Source of the DNA: Candidatus Saccharimonadia bacterium
Lineage (GTDB): Bacteria; Patescibacteriota; Saccharimonadia; CAILAD01; JADZBC01
Length of the DNA: 62,357 bases
Direction of reading: 5' to 3'
NCBI GenBank assembly: GCA_041907025.1
Contig: JAYRIB010000062.1
Location: 1 to 62,357 of the forward strand
Shown here: positions 1 to 8,032 of the stretch, piece after piece
How the letters are laid out: each line of letters opens with the position of its first letter
Position numbering within the stretch: the first letter of the stretch is position 1
Position numbers and translations under genes: made by a program
Notes under the pieces: generated by a model
Database searches by the model: none
What the model saw: only the letters and a program-made list of their open reading frames with translations
What the model was told of the DNA's origin: nothing

Positions 1-228
1 CTCCTTCTGGTAGAACGGCTCAGCGGTGACCGGGCGCCTGACCTCGGAGAGGTCGGGCACATCGCACTGGGCGCGAAGCACGCTGATGGTTCCTCCGAAG
101 GTGTCGTGACGGTTCTCGTCACGCTTGCGGCAGTAGCCGTGTCGCTTCTTGCGGAGCACGGTCTTCTTCCGGCGGGCGGAACGCTTGTCTCGCTCCATGT
201 CCTTGTTGCGCTTTCGATCTGCCTTCAA
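1..228 (-). CDS. Hypothetical basic protein, GC3-rich, truncated by the window edge
   Basis: Minus-strand ORF absent from the ORF track because it runs off the left edge. It reads (L)KADRKRNKD-MERDKRSARRKKTVLRKKRHGYCRKRDENRHDTFGGTISVLRAQCDVPDLSEVRRPVTAEPFYQKE... An in-frame TTG at 228 lies 4 nt after AAGGAGG; an alternative ATG is at 198. Nearly every codon ends in G/C. Function unknown. Confidence 0.45.
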   Translation of the reverse strand, partial: MKADRKRNKDMERDKRSARRKKTVLRKKRHGYCRKRDENRHDTFGGTISVLRAQCDVPDLSEVRRPVTAEPFYQKE

Positions 229-277
229 ATCCCCTCCTTGGAGATATTGTTATTGCACGAATAAAACAAGGACTGTC

Positions 278-306
278 ATCATACATCATAAGTGCTATTA
301 TGTCAA
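278..306 (-). promoter_or_regulatory. Sigma70-like promoter for the edge-truncated GC-rich ORF
   Basis: Minus strand reads CATTGACA-17 nt-TATGAT. It lies in a short AT-rich spacer between the GC-rich ORF and the stop of the 312..1205 gene. The -35 region (CATTGACATAATAGCACTT) closely resembles the one at 15117 (CATTGACTTACTAGCACTT). Confidence 0.4.
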
Positions 307-311
307 TGGCT

Positions 312-1205
312 TTAGAGAGCTTTTTTAGTGCGCGTAAACCGCCGAGCAATCTTAGCGCTCTGGTCAAAGGCATGGAGGTTTAATATATCTGGCCGGACGC
401 GCACGAACGCTTCCTTGGTGTGCATCTTCGGCTGGCCTGCCGTGTGCTTGAGATGCTTACGGTAACCTTTGTTATCCAACTGATCCAGCCATGTTAAGCC
501 GCCGCTATAAACCCGGATCTGCGACTTTGGCCACACGTAATTCGGAAACACCTCCTGCACATAATCGCTACTTTTGAGCAGGTCGTACCATATACTCGCG
601 CCATAAACAGGCCGGGCCAACATGAGCCAATAACCTAAGTGCGGGCCGTTTACCGCCATAATGTCTCTCTGCCAGTTAGCACCCGCAGTGGTCATAAACA
701 TTCCTAGACTAAAACGGCCAGCTTTGCGCTTCTCGATTTCTAGCTGCCCAAGAAGTTTTAGGGTATACATCAAGATTCCCTTGGTAATGTAAATTCGGTT
801 TGGCTTAGTGACAATAAGCAAATCAATGTCGCTATCGGCACGGACATTGCCAATAGCCACACTATTAACTACTACAACCGCCTTCACAAAGGGTAGTAAG
901 CCAAAAGACTTTGCCCAGCGTCGGGCCTTTGTTAGTAGCTTTGTTTGACGCCTGTTACTGATTTCACGGCCTAGGTAAGCAGGTCCCACTAGGCGGTAAT
1001 ACCCGTCGCCATCTTGTTCTATGCGCTTAGCCTCCACCAGCTCTCGAAGTGCCTCTTTTACCGCTAGATGACCAGCCTTAATGTTAATAAGCACGTTAGC
1101 CTCATTCTCGCTAAGTGGTATAGAGAAGATAGCAAAATAAGCCATCAGCTCCAAGATTGCCCCCTCCACCCTACGCTCAGTCTTCTCTAGCACGCCCTCC
1201 GCCAT
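312..1205 (-). CDS. Nucleotidyltransferase-domain protein with an N-terminal winged-helix-like region
   Basis: 297-aa ORF. VVVVNSVAIGNVRADSDIDLLIVT fits the minimal nucleotidyltransferase-fold G[SN]...DxD motif. Function beyond the fold is unknown. Confidence 0.7.
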   Translation of the reverse strand: MAEGVLEKTERRVEGAILELMAYFAIFSIPLSENEANVLINIKAGHLAVKEALRELVEAKRIEQDGDGYYRLVGPAYLGREISNRRQTKLLTKARRWAKSFGLLPFVKAVVVVNSVAIGNVRADSDIDLLIVTKPNRIYITKGILMYTLKLLGQLEIEKRKAGRFSLGMFMTTAGANWQRDIMAVNGPHLGYWLMLARPVYGASIWYDLLKSSDYVQEVFPNYVWPKSQIRVYSGGLTWLDQLDNKGYRKHLKHTAGQPKMHTKEAFVRVRPDILNLHAFDQSAKIARRFTRTKKAL

Positions 1206-1209
1206 ATGA

Positions 1210-2553
1210 TTATGACTTTAGGATCTTCATAAGTTCATCTACCTTTTCTTGCGTTAGCTTGGCGTCTTTGGACTCCACACTCAAACGAAGCAGGGGCTCT
1301 GTATTACTAGGTCGCACGTTGAACCACCAGTCCGAATACGTAACGCTTAACCCATCGAGCTCATCCTGTTCGCCATCGCTATATGCCATACGTAACTCGC
1401 GTAGCTTAGCTTCGGTGTCGCCAACCGGCATGTTAATTTCTCCCGAATTGCTATACATCCTTAGCTTATCGACCATTTCAGACAAGCTTTGGCCAGACCT
1501 GGAGAGAATATCCAGCGCCAGCATTGCAGCAATTAATCCAGAGTCTGCAAACCAATTATCTTTAAAGTAATAGTGGGCAGATTGCTCCACTCCGAGTATT
1601 GCTCCGTGCTGGTGCATAAGCGCCTTGATGTTGCTATGCCCTACCTTGCTCCTAACACCTACTCCGCCCAAGCGCTCAATGGTATCGCGGACAATGTGAC
1701 TCGCGCGAACGTCATACACAATGGTGGCACCGGGGTGCAGAGCCAAGAAGTTCTCGATAAGTAGCGCGCCCAGTATACCCGGGTTTACCGGCCTGGCTTG
1801 ATCGTCTATCAATACTGCCCGATCGCCGTCACCGTCAAATGCAATGCCGACCTCCAATGCTTTACTACGAACCATCTCGATAATGTCTTTGAGTCCTTCT
1901 GGTAAAGTCGGGTTTGCAGGGTGGTTCGGGAACGTGCCGTCGAGCTCGGCAAACATCTTCTCGATCTTAAAAGGTGTCGCGGCCTCGAGCTCATCGAGCA
2001 CAATCCCAGCCATGCCATTACCAGCGTCAATGGCGAGGTGGAACGGCTGCAGTCGCGCCACGTCTACAAAGCTAAGGACGTAGGCAATCCAACGATCACG
2101 TACATCGAGCTGCTCACGGAGTCCAGGTTTCGTAGCCTCTTTGAACATCTCGCTCTTTACGAGGTTCTTAATTTGAGCAAGACCAGTCGTCTCGCCAATA
2201 GGCACTACGCCTTTACCACACAGCTTAATGCCGTTGTATTTACCAGGGTTATGGCTGGCTGTCACCATGGCCCCGCCGGCCGCCTTTAAGCTACCGACGG
2301 CAAAGTAAACCATATCGGTACTTACTAGGTCAATATCTACTACGTCTCTCCCCTGCTTTAGGAGGCCATCTACGAGGGCGGTGTGAAGCTCCTCGGAATC
2401 AGCCCGCATGTCTCGGCCAACAACTACCTTGCCAGAATTAGGTAATGTGTCGGCTAGCGCTCGGCCAACGGCATGAGCAACGTCTGGGCTGAGCTGTTCT
2501 GGGCTGAGGCCACGAATGTCGTAGGCCTTAAAGATTTCCTCCACAAACTTCAT
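1210..2553 (-). CDS. Phosphomannomutase/phosphoglucomutase (alpha-D-phosphohexomutase family)
   Basis: 447 aa. Active-site loop MVTASHNPGKYNGIKL (phosphoserine motif TASHNP), metal loop FDGDGDR, and the N-terminal FKAYDIRG typical of PMM/PGM. Confidence 0.9.
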   Translation of the reverse strand: MKFVEEIFKAYDIRGLSPEQLSPDVAHAVGRALADTLPNSGKVVVGRDMRADSEELHTALVDGLLKQGRDVVDIDLVSTDMVYFAVGSLKAAGGAMVTASHNPGKYNGIKLCGKGVVPIGETTGLAQIKNLVKSEMFKEATKPGLREQLDVRDRWIAYVLSFVDVARLQPFHLAIDAGNGMAGIVLDELEAATPFKIEKMFAELDGTFPNHPANPTLPEGLKDIIEMVRSKALEVGIAFDGDGDRAVLIDDQARPVNPGILGALLIENFLALHPGATIVYDVRASHIVRDTIERLGGVGVRSKVGHSNIKALMHQHGAILGVEQSAHYYFKDNWFADSGLIAAMLALDILSRSGQSLSEMVDKLRMYSNSGEINMPVGDTEAKLRELRMAYSDGEQDELDGLSVTYSDWWFNVRPSNTEPLLRLSVESKDAKLTQEKVDELMKILKS

Positions 2554-2603
2554 GAGGTCATTATAATCTGATTAGCAGCAGTCCACAAATCAGCATGGAA
2601 TAC

Positions 2604-2632
2604 TTGACAGAGCTAGAGTGCTAAGCCAAAAT
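2604..2632 (+). promoter_or_regulatory. Possible sigma70-like promoter of the plus-strand GC-rich unit
   Basis: TTGACA (2604-2609), 17 nt, CAAAAT (weak -10). It shares the divergent intergenic region with the PMM/PGM gene. Confidence 0.3.
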
Positions 2633-2809
2633 TACCCTAACGCTGTAAGGTAAAGTCGATGTTCTGACCAACATTGCACCTCCTGGAGTTGAACCAGGAA
2701 TGTAATCGAAGAAAGTTCCGAAGCCACCTTCCGCACCTATGTGCTGCAGCGCTGTAATGCCCGAACGGAACCCCGTTCGGAGCCGCCCTACGCCTCCTGG
2801 AGGTACCGC

Positions 2810-2926
2810 ATGTGCACCATGCTGAAGGGTGAGACCATGACCGTCTTCGATGCCACCGCGCCCGACGCGCGCGGTGCACCGGAGGCCGCTGGCTTCCTCT
2901 CCTGCACCGGGCAAGCCATCGTCTGA
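2810..2926 (+). CDS. Possible 38-aa small ORF (MCTMLKGETMTVFDATAPDARGAPEAAGFLSCTGQAIV)
   Basis: GGAGG at 2799-2803 lies 6 nt upstream of the ATG at 2810. This is the only ORF in the 2.6-3.1 kb GC-rich block with a good RBS. No recognisable family; it may be non-coding. Confidence 0.25.
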   Translation: MCTMLKGETMTVFDATAPDARGAPEAAGFLSCTGQAIV

Positions 2927-3057
2927 CCGCCCGACGGCGTAACAGACGGTGCTCACCTGGAACAGTGGTGAGGCCAACCCAGGCCAACGTACGCGCCTAG
3001 GTTCCACCGGGGCTAGCTCGGTGGTCGTCGCGCTCTTCGGGGTTCGACGCGCAGTTC

Positions 3058-3116
3058 GGTGGGGTCGGGAATCGCTCCCGGCCCCACCCTCAAGTCCCAG
3101 TCATACTCGACTGGGA
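3058..3116 (+). terminator. Tandem GC-rich hairpins closing the plus-strand unit
   Basis: GGTGGGGTCGGGA-ATCG-CTCCCGGCCCCACC forms a 13-bp stem (3058-3088). TCCCAGTC-atactc-GACTGGGA (3095-3116) follows, then TGTTCGCTTTGT. Confidence 0.45.
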
Positions 3117-3159
3117 TGTTCGCTTTGTATAATATTTAGCATGATTTACCGCCAAAATA

Positions 3160-3838
3160 AAAAGAACCCCCGGGTCGAGCCGTCCGAAGACGGCTCGACC
3201 CGCGAGCATTACAGCGAAATAACACTTGGGAGGGTTTTTCGCCACCGGGGTAAGGATGAACCCCAGTTCTAACGCCGGATAGCCCCGGCTTTGAGCTCCC
3301 CGGAATACCACCACCGGCATCCGGGTTCAAGCCAGGAGCGCATGAGCTGCGCATCACAACCAGCTTGGAGACTAGGTTCCTGCACTCACACTACACCCGT
3401 TTTGGAGTTATAGGTAATAAGTGCAGCATTCAACGCAGAGACGCACAGGTTGGGGGACCCGGCGAGTCTTCTGACGCTACGCGAGTGCAGGAACACTATT
3501 TGACGCCGAGGCGCCGCGAACATCGACTCCGGCTGCCTTAAGTCAGCCTGGTTTTAAGCCAAGCTTAACAGCAGACCCGTACCCCTACGATGCCGGAGTC
3601 GACGATTTGTGCTGTACTAAGAAGTACTGCAGCGATATTCGCATGGGTGTTACTAGACATTGACCCTTCGGCCCTATTATCTCGGCTCTAGCGAGAGCGA
3701 GCTTTGGGCTGACTCCGTGGAGAGAGTGGCTTTGCGCACCAGGTAACACTGCCGCCACGCATTGCAAAACTCCAGGGGTATCGTCTACCCTATCGCTGAA
3801 GCGAATGGGCCCATACGAGAACTTGAACTCAAGGAACT
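3160..3838 (-). ncRNA. Candidate ~0.68-kb structured non-coding transcript, class unknown
   Basis: Bounded by a near-consensus minus-strand promoter (3845-3873) and a strong intrinsic terminator (3172-3201 plus a U-tract). No ORF has an RBS. Long-range perfect complementarities are visible (minus-strand sense): GTTCCTGCACTC...GAGTGCAGGAAC and CGACTCCGG...CCGGAGTCG. Confidence 0.4.
3172..3201 (-). terminator. Intrinsic terminator of the minus-strand GC-rich unit
   Basis: Minus strand reads GGGTCGAGCCGTC-TTCG-GACGGCTCGACCC followed by GGGGGTTCTTTTTATTTT. Confidence 0.6.
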
Positions 3839-3844
3839 GCTTGC

Positions 3845-3873
3845 AATATACTCCCGAGCTAACTTAGCGTCAA
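3845..3873 (-). promoter_or_regulatory. Sigma70-like promoter driving the minus-strand GC-rich unit
   Basis: Minus strand reads TTGACG-17 nt-TATATT, immediately downstream of the FemAB stop codon at 3877. Confidence 0.5.
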
Positions 3874-3876
3874 GAG

Positions 3877-4935
3877 CTAATAATACAGCTCTTTTTTCAC
3901 CTTGAATGAATACGTACTCACTATACGCTCGCCATACTTCGTCCATCGCGCATACTTGCGCTGATCAATCGGCAAATTATACACCCCGACATACTCAGTT
4001 ACTTCCGTATTAAAACCGGACTTGAATTGCACTAATCCTGCCAATGGATGATTGGGGTTCTCGAGTTCCGCCTTGGGCGGCATACCATGCAGGTCATATT
4101 CCTCCACACCACGCTGCTTGAGCCACTTCATAACTTCCCATTGCATCAGGTAGGGCGCCATCAGGTTCGCTTTGTCCCTAGTAGAGCCGCCGTCCTTATA
4201 CAGACCTTTCTTGCCCAAGTAGAGTGCATAGAGGCCAGACAAGACCTCGCCCTCATGGGTGGCAAAGAACATTTGGCCCATGCCAGCGGTGCCGTACGCC
4301 TGCCAGAAGTCCTCCAGGTAGTCTTGGCTACGCATATAAAAGCCGCCGCGCTCCTGAGTAGCCTTGAGCAGTCCATACATTGTCGCCATGTTCTCTTTGG
4401 TTAGCTCAACAACCTGAACTTCCACGCCTTTGCGGGCAGCCAAGCGGATGTTGTAGCGCGTCTTTTGCTTGAAATGTGCAATAATGTCGTCTTCACTCGG
4501 AGCGAGATCGACCAGGGTAGTGGCTTGGTTCCATTGCAAGTTGAATTTGGACTTTACGAGTCCGAGCTTCTCCAGCTTGGCCTTAGGCGCATCGCCCATG
4601 AGGAGGTCTGGCTCAATCTTGACCATGAAGACGTTCTTATCTGCCACGTAAGCGCGAACTTGAGCAATGAATTCTTTGAGCTGAGCTAGATCCTTCACGC
4701 CCGGGCCTTTGGGCGCATACCAAAGCTCACCCAAGCCAACTACTTTGCGCGTCAACAAGGCGACTTGCAGCTTAGTGCCATCACTCAACTCGGCCACAGC
4801 ATAGTGGGCTGGCCACTTGTGTGCAGATTTAAAGTCGCCATAGGCTTTGGTTTGTAATATATTGCCGCCATCGGGGTTGTGAACAATCTGCTCGTCCCAC
4901 TGGGCTAATTCGTGTTTGGTCGCCTGATGCATCAT
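3877..4935 (-). CDS. FemAB-family peptidoglycan interpeptide-bridge aminoacyltransferase (FemX-like)
   Basis: 352 aa. The overall pattern is typical of FemX/FemAB: N-terminal WDE..V..P.GG.ILQT..YG..K and C-terminal GL..FK.GF. Its start overlaps the stop of the upstream paralog by 4 nt. Confidence 0.85.
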   Translation of the reverse strand: MMHQATKHELAQWDEQIVHNPDGGNILQTKAYGDFKSAHKWPAHYAVAELSDGTKLQVALLTRKVVGLGELWYAPKGPGVKDLAQLKEFIAQVRAYVADKNVFMVKIEPDLLMGDAPKAKLEKLGLVKSKFNLQWNQATTLVDLAPSEDDIIAHFKQKTRYNIRLAARKGVEVQVVELTKENMATMYGLLKATQERGGFYMRSQDYLEDFWQAYGTAGMGQMFFATHEGEVLSGLYALYLGKKGLYKDGGSTRDKANLMAPYLMQWEVMKWLKQRGVEEYDLHGMPPKAELENPNHPLAGLVQFKSGFNTEVTEYVGVYNLPIDQRKYARWTKYGERIVSTYSFKVKKELYY

Positions 4936-5915
4936 ACGACCTTCTTTAGTAACGAGTAGAGCATGTACTTGCTACTTTTGAGCGGCAAGTCCCAGGTGCC
5001 GACTGAGCTCACTGTGTCACCGCCAATCGACTTCTTAAACTTTGTGTGGCCTGCCCACGGATGACTGGCTGGTGCACCTTCTGGTGCCACGCCGCCGTAG
5101 TCAAAAGCCTTAAGGCCTTTAGCCTGAGCATCCATAATCAACCACCAAAGCAGCGCAATGGCAGCTTTGAGTTTGTTATTCTGCTCTGGGAACGTACCAG
5201 CATAGATGTAGTAGCGCGTACCCTCGAAGTCCACGCAAAAAGCGCTCGCTATCCTCTCGCCCTCGTGTTCTACAAAGTACAGCTTAGCTTGGCCAGTTGG
5301 TAGCAAGCTCTTAGTCAGCTGATAATAATAGTTATTCGCCTGTGGCTTCCAGCCACCGCGCTGGGCAGTAGCGTGCTGCATGGCCAAGAAGTCGGCTGTG
5401 TCTTTGGGGTCCTCGCTGATCACAAACTTGAGTCCGCGCTTAGCAGCGGTGTTGATGAGGTTACGATTGCTTGGTGACATAGCGTGGCGAATGGCCGCTT
5501 CGGTCTGCGTGAGGTCGAGCACCATGCGGTGCGGTGGTTGCATGTCGGCTACTGGTCGGGCGCCCAGCTTGCGCAAGTCTGCGGCCTTAATTTCTACGTT
5601 GCCCATAGGCTCAAAGCGCACAAAGTCTGCATTGTGGGTTTTGCCCGCGTCGCGCAAACTTTTTAGCGCCGCGCGCAAACTTTTTAGGTCACTCACCGTT
5701 GGCCCATAAGCTGCATACAAATAATTGAACCCAAGTCGGCCATGGCGAATGGCCGCCGTCCATTGCCAGCCATTTTCCCCCTCTTCGCCCTCGTCCATTA
5801 GCACTTGGCGGCTCTGCGCGTTCTGGAACTCCGCCCACAATGAGGACTGAAAGGCGTGCCCGCCAAGCTTGGCAAGGCGTGCGTCCCAATCCTTTGGCAT
5901 GTCTACGAGTGTCAT
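4932..5915 (-). CDS. FemAB-family aminoacyltransferase, second tandem paralog
   Basis: Start set at M89 of the 415-aa track ORF (MTLVDMPKDWDARLAKLGGHAFQSSLWAEF...). TGGTACAAT lies 7 nt upstream, giving a leaderless arrangement. The track's N-terminal extension runs into the opposite-strand GC-rich cassette. Confidence 0.8.
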   Translation of the reverse strand: MTLVDMPKDWDARLAKLGGHAFQSSLWAEFQNAQSRQVLMDEGEEGENGWQWTAAIRHGRLGFNYLYAAYGPTVSDLKSLRAALKSLRDAGKTHNADFVRFEPMGNVEIKAADLRKLGARPVADMQPPHRMVLDLTQTEAAIRHAMSPSNRNLINTAAKRGLKFVISEDPKDTADFLAMQHATAQRGGWKPQANNYYYQLTKSLLPTGQAKLYFVEHEGERIASAFCVDFEGTRYYIYAGTFPEQNNKLKAAIALLWWLIMDAQAKGLKAFDYGGVAPEGAPASHPWAGHTKFKKSIGGDTVSSVGTWDLPLKSSKYMLYSLLKKVV

Positions 5916-6027
5916 AAGCCTTATTGTACCAGAAGCCACTCTGCCCTCATAAGTATTGACTCCTTGGCAACCCAGTTGTAATCTATGCCTATCCCAAAGT
6001 CTGGGTGCACCTATCGAGAGGTAGAAC

Positions 6028-6123
6028 ATGAAACGGAACTGGAAGAAGGTCGCGGCGGCCATCGTGCCGACTGTTGCCTTCCTGCTGTACGTCAACTTCC
6101 GCCGTGCCAAGAAGGTGCGATGA
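6028..6123 (+). CDS. 31-aa single-TM peptide (MKRNWKKVAAAIVPTVAFLLYVNFRRAKKVR)
   Basis: GAGAGG RBS 6 nt upstream. The stop overlaps the next start (GCGATGATG). GC3-rich. Too short to appear in the ORF track. Confidence 0.4.
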   Translation: MKRNWKKVAAAIVPTVAFLLYVNFRRAKKVR

Positions 6124-6416
6124 TGGCGCCAGCAGTGAGAGCGAGGTTCGTGGTTGGCGGGCTTACGGACGCGAGCCAAGCGAAGGACATCGTCGTCTCA
6201 AGGGTTCGCTTGCACCAAGCGAGCCATCCCGGGGCACGAATCGGCCAATCTGTCGGAGCAGTACTCGACGATCTGACCTTCGTCGAGTCGGGTCGTCTGC
6301 TCGGTGCGCTCAAGAAGCAGCCTGGAGTCGCTGGGCTGCCGGAGGGCCAGGCGGCAACTGCCGTCATCGACCTGCTCATCAAGCACTGCCAAGGGGTGAT
6401 TGATGTTCCGTCCTGA
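6120..6416 (+). CDS. 98-aa hypothetical protein, GC3-rich
   Basis: Internal ATG of track ORF 5985..6416 (MMAPAVRARFVVGGLTDASQAKDIV...). It is translationally coupled on both sides. No recognisable motif. Confidence 0.5.
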   Translation: MMAPAVRARFVVGGLTDASQAKDIVVSRVRLHQASHPGARIGQSVGAVLDDLTFVESGRLLGALKKQPGVAGLPEGQAATAVIDLLIKHCQGVIDVPS

Positions 6417-6528
6417 GGCCTTCGCCCACACCATCATGATCGTGCGGCTCTGTGCCCTCGGCGCTGGCTTCCTGGTCGTGGCCCAAGTCCTGATCCTCGT
6501 GAACAGCTTCACCGCCCCCCGGCGCTAA
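6403..6528 (+). CDS. 41-aa single-TM peptide (MFRPEAFAHTIMIVRLCALGAGFLVVAQVLILVNSFTAPRR)
   Basis: The ATG at 6403 overlaps the end of the 98-aa ORF by 14 nt. The stop lies inside the terminator stem. Confidence 0.4.
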   Translation: MFRPEAFAHTIMIVRLCALGAGFLVVAQVLILVNSFTAPRR

Positions 6529-6548
6529 CGGGGGGCGGTTCGCCTTTT
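6512..6548 (+). terminator. Intrinsic terminator of the three-ORF GC-rich cassette
   Basis: CCGCCCCCCG-gcgctaa-CGGGGGGCGG followed by TTCGCCTTTT. Confidence 0.7.
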
Positions 6549-6575
6549 ACCCACAAATTCCTTATTATATAAGCC

Positions 6576-7628
6576 ATGATTATTGTTGCTATCGAATCGA
6601 GTTGTGACGAAACTGCCTGCGCTATTGTGCGCGACGGTCGCGACGTGCTCGCCAACGTCATTAGCTCGCAAATCGTCATTCACGCTCAGTTTGGCGGCGT
6701 GGTGCCCGAGGTAGCGGCCCGCAGCCACATAGAAGTTATCATTCCTGTCATAGAGCAAGCGCTCACCGAAGCTAAGCTCAGCTGGGACGACGTTGATGCC
6801 ATTGCCACTACGCGCGGACCTGGCCTGATTGGCTCTCTCCTGATTGGCACCCTGACCGCGCGAACTATCGCAATGGTCAAACACAAACCATTACTTGGCG
6901 TAAACCACATTATTGCCCACGCCTTCGCCGCTTTTTTAACCGAGAACCAACCAAAGTTTCCGATACTTGCCTTAACAGTCTCCGGCGGCCATTCAGCGCT
7001 CACTATGTACGATTCTAAATTACAACGCACGCTGATTGGCGAGACGCGCGACGACGCGGCTGGCGAGGCTTTTGATAAAGTGGCTAAGCTCCTCGGCCTC
7101 CCCTACCCTGGCGGCCCAGCCATCGACAAGGCCGCGCTAGACGGTGATGAAAACAAATATAAGTTCCCAATTGCCAGGTTGTCTGCCGAGCGGGGCGTGA
7201 ACAGCAACGATAGCTACGACTTTAGCTTCTCTGGCCTAAAGACCGCTGTGCTCCGCCAAGTACAAGAGATTACTGGCCACAACCCCGGCGACTTGAGCCT
7301 GCCCAAGACGTATGAGCTTGAAAACCAAGTCGTGGCCGACATTGCCGCCAGCTTCCAGAAGGCGGTGGTGGACGCACTGGTGCGCAATACCGTGCGGGCT
7401 GCCGAAGAATTTGGGCCAGCATCGATCGTGGTTGGTGGCGGCGTGGCGTGTAACAAGAAACTGCGCTCGGAGCTTACAGCTAAGCTACCAAACGCAATCT
7501 TCGTCCCCCCTATACTTTGTACGGACAACGCCGCAATGATCGGCGCCCTGGCTTACCGCATGGCGCGCCAAGATATGTTCTCTAGCCCGGAATCATTAGT
7601 GGCAGATTCTAGCCTAGAAGAACTTTAG
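6576..7628 (+). CDS. tsaD: tRNA N6-adenosine threonylcarbamoyltransferase TsaD (Kae1/Gcp family)
   Basis: 350 aa. N-terminal IVAIESSCDETACAIV, VVPEVAARSH and GGGVACNKKLR are typical of TsaD. Confidence 0.92.
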   Translation: MIIVAIESSCDETACAIVRDGRDVLANVISSQIVIHAQFGGVVPEVAARSHIEVIIPVIEQALTEAKLSWDDVDAIATTRGPGLIGSLLIGTLTARTIAMVKHKPLLGVNHIIAHAFAAFLTENQPKFPILALTVSGGHSALTMYDSKLQRTLIGETRDDAAGEAFDKVAKLLGLPYPGGPAIDKAALDGDENKYKFPIARLSAERGVNSNDSYDFSFSGLKTAVLRQVQEITGHNPGDLSLPKTYELENQVVADIAASFQKAVVDALVRNTVRAAEEFGPASIVVGGGVACNKKLRSELTAKLPNAIFVPPILCTDNAAMIGALAYRMARQDMFSSPESLVADSSLEEL

Positions 7629-7631
7629 CCT

Positions 7632-7982
7632 TTAAGCCTCATTCCCTTCGGTGCCTTCGTCTTCGTCCCCCTCATCGTCAATTTCGGCGTCTGCAAACGA
7701 CGGCTCGCCGGGTTCATTCTCATCTGGGCCACTCTCTCCAGCCTCGTCTGGCTCATCTGGCTCTATGTCTTCAGTCTCGGGCTCATAGCCTTCATTGCCC
7801 CATCCAGCGTGCACCAACCTACTGCCTGCTTCTCGGATTCTTGCAAGCCTCTTTGGTTTCTCATTATTACTTCCTGCTGCAATCTCCTCGAGTTCCCTAC
7901 CAAGTTGTTGGCCCTTAGTAAGCCCCCCCTCTTCTTGGTTGGATTCTAATTCTGGGCTGACGCCATCTGGTCCTGTTGACAT
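7632..7982 (-). CDS. Acidic, low-complexity hypothetical protein
   Basis: 116 aa, with an extremely Glu/Asp/Pro/Gly-rich C-terminal half. Native-like composition. No family recognised. Confidence 0.55.
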   Translation of the reverse strand: MSTGPDGVSPELESNQEEGGLTKGQQLGRELEEIAAGSNNEKPKRLARIREAGSRLVHAGWGNEGYEPETEDIEPDEPDEAGESGPDENEPGEPSFADAEIDDEGDEDEGTEGNEA

Positions 7983-8032
7983 AGTGTGTTCCTTTTTATT
8001 TTCTTGCTTAAGAAAGTGAGCGTACGATCTGG

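Noticed and set aside
1157-2289. Plus-strand ORFs inside the PMM/PGM gene (1157..1570, 1573..1764, 1844..2083, 1921..2289).
   Set aside because: They are antisense to a full-length, motif-bearing phosphohexomutase gene and have no independent support.
2621-3767. Track ORFs of 60-128 aa on both strands of the 2.6-3.8 kb GC-rich block.
   Set aside because: They have no start context and mutually overlap in several frames. Their compositionally biased translations cross strong hairpins. I treated the block as non-coding, except for the one RBS-equipped 38-aa ORF.
3160-3838. Group II intron, rRNA fragment, SRP/6S RNA or cobalamin riboswitch.
   Set aside because: The block has no GUGYG 5' end, no domain V consensus, no rRNA signature strings, no SRP domain IV motif and no B12 box. 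At 680 nt it is also far too long for 6S or SRP RNA.
4932-6179. The full 415-aa track ORF taken as the second FemAB gene.
   Set aside because: The first 88 codons have no FemAB similarity and run antisense through the GC-rich small-ORF cassette. The conserved FemAB sequence starts at M89 (5915), directly behind a TGGTACAAT -10 element.
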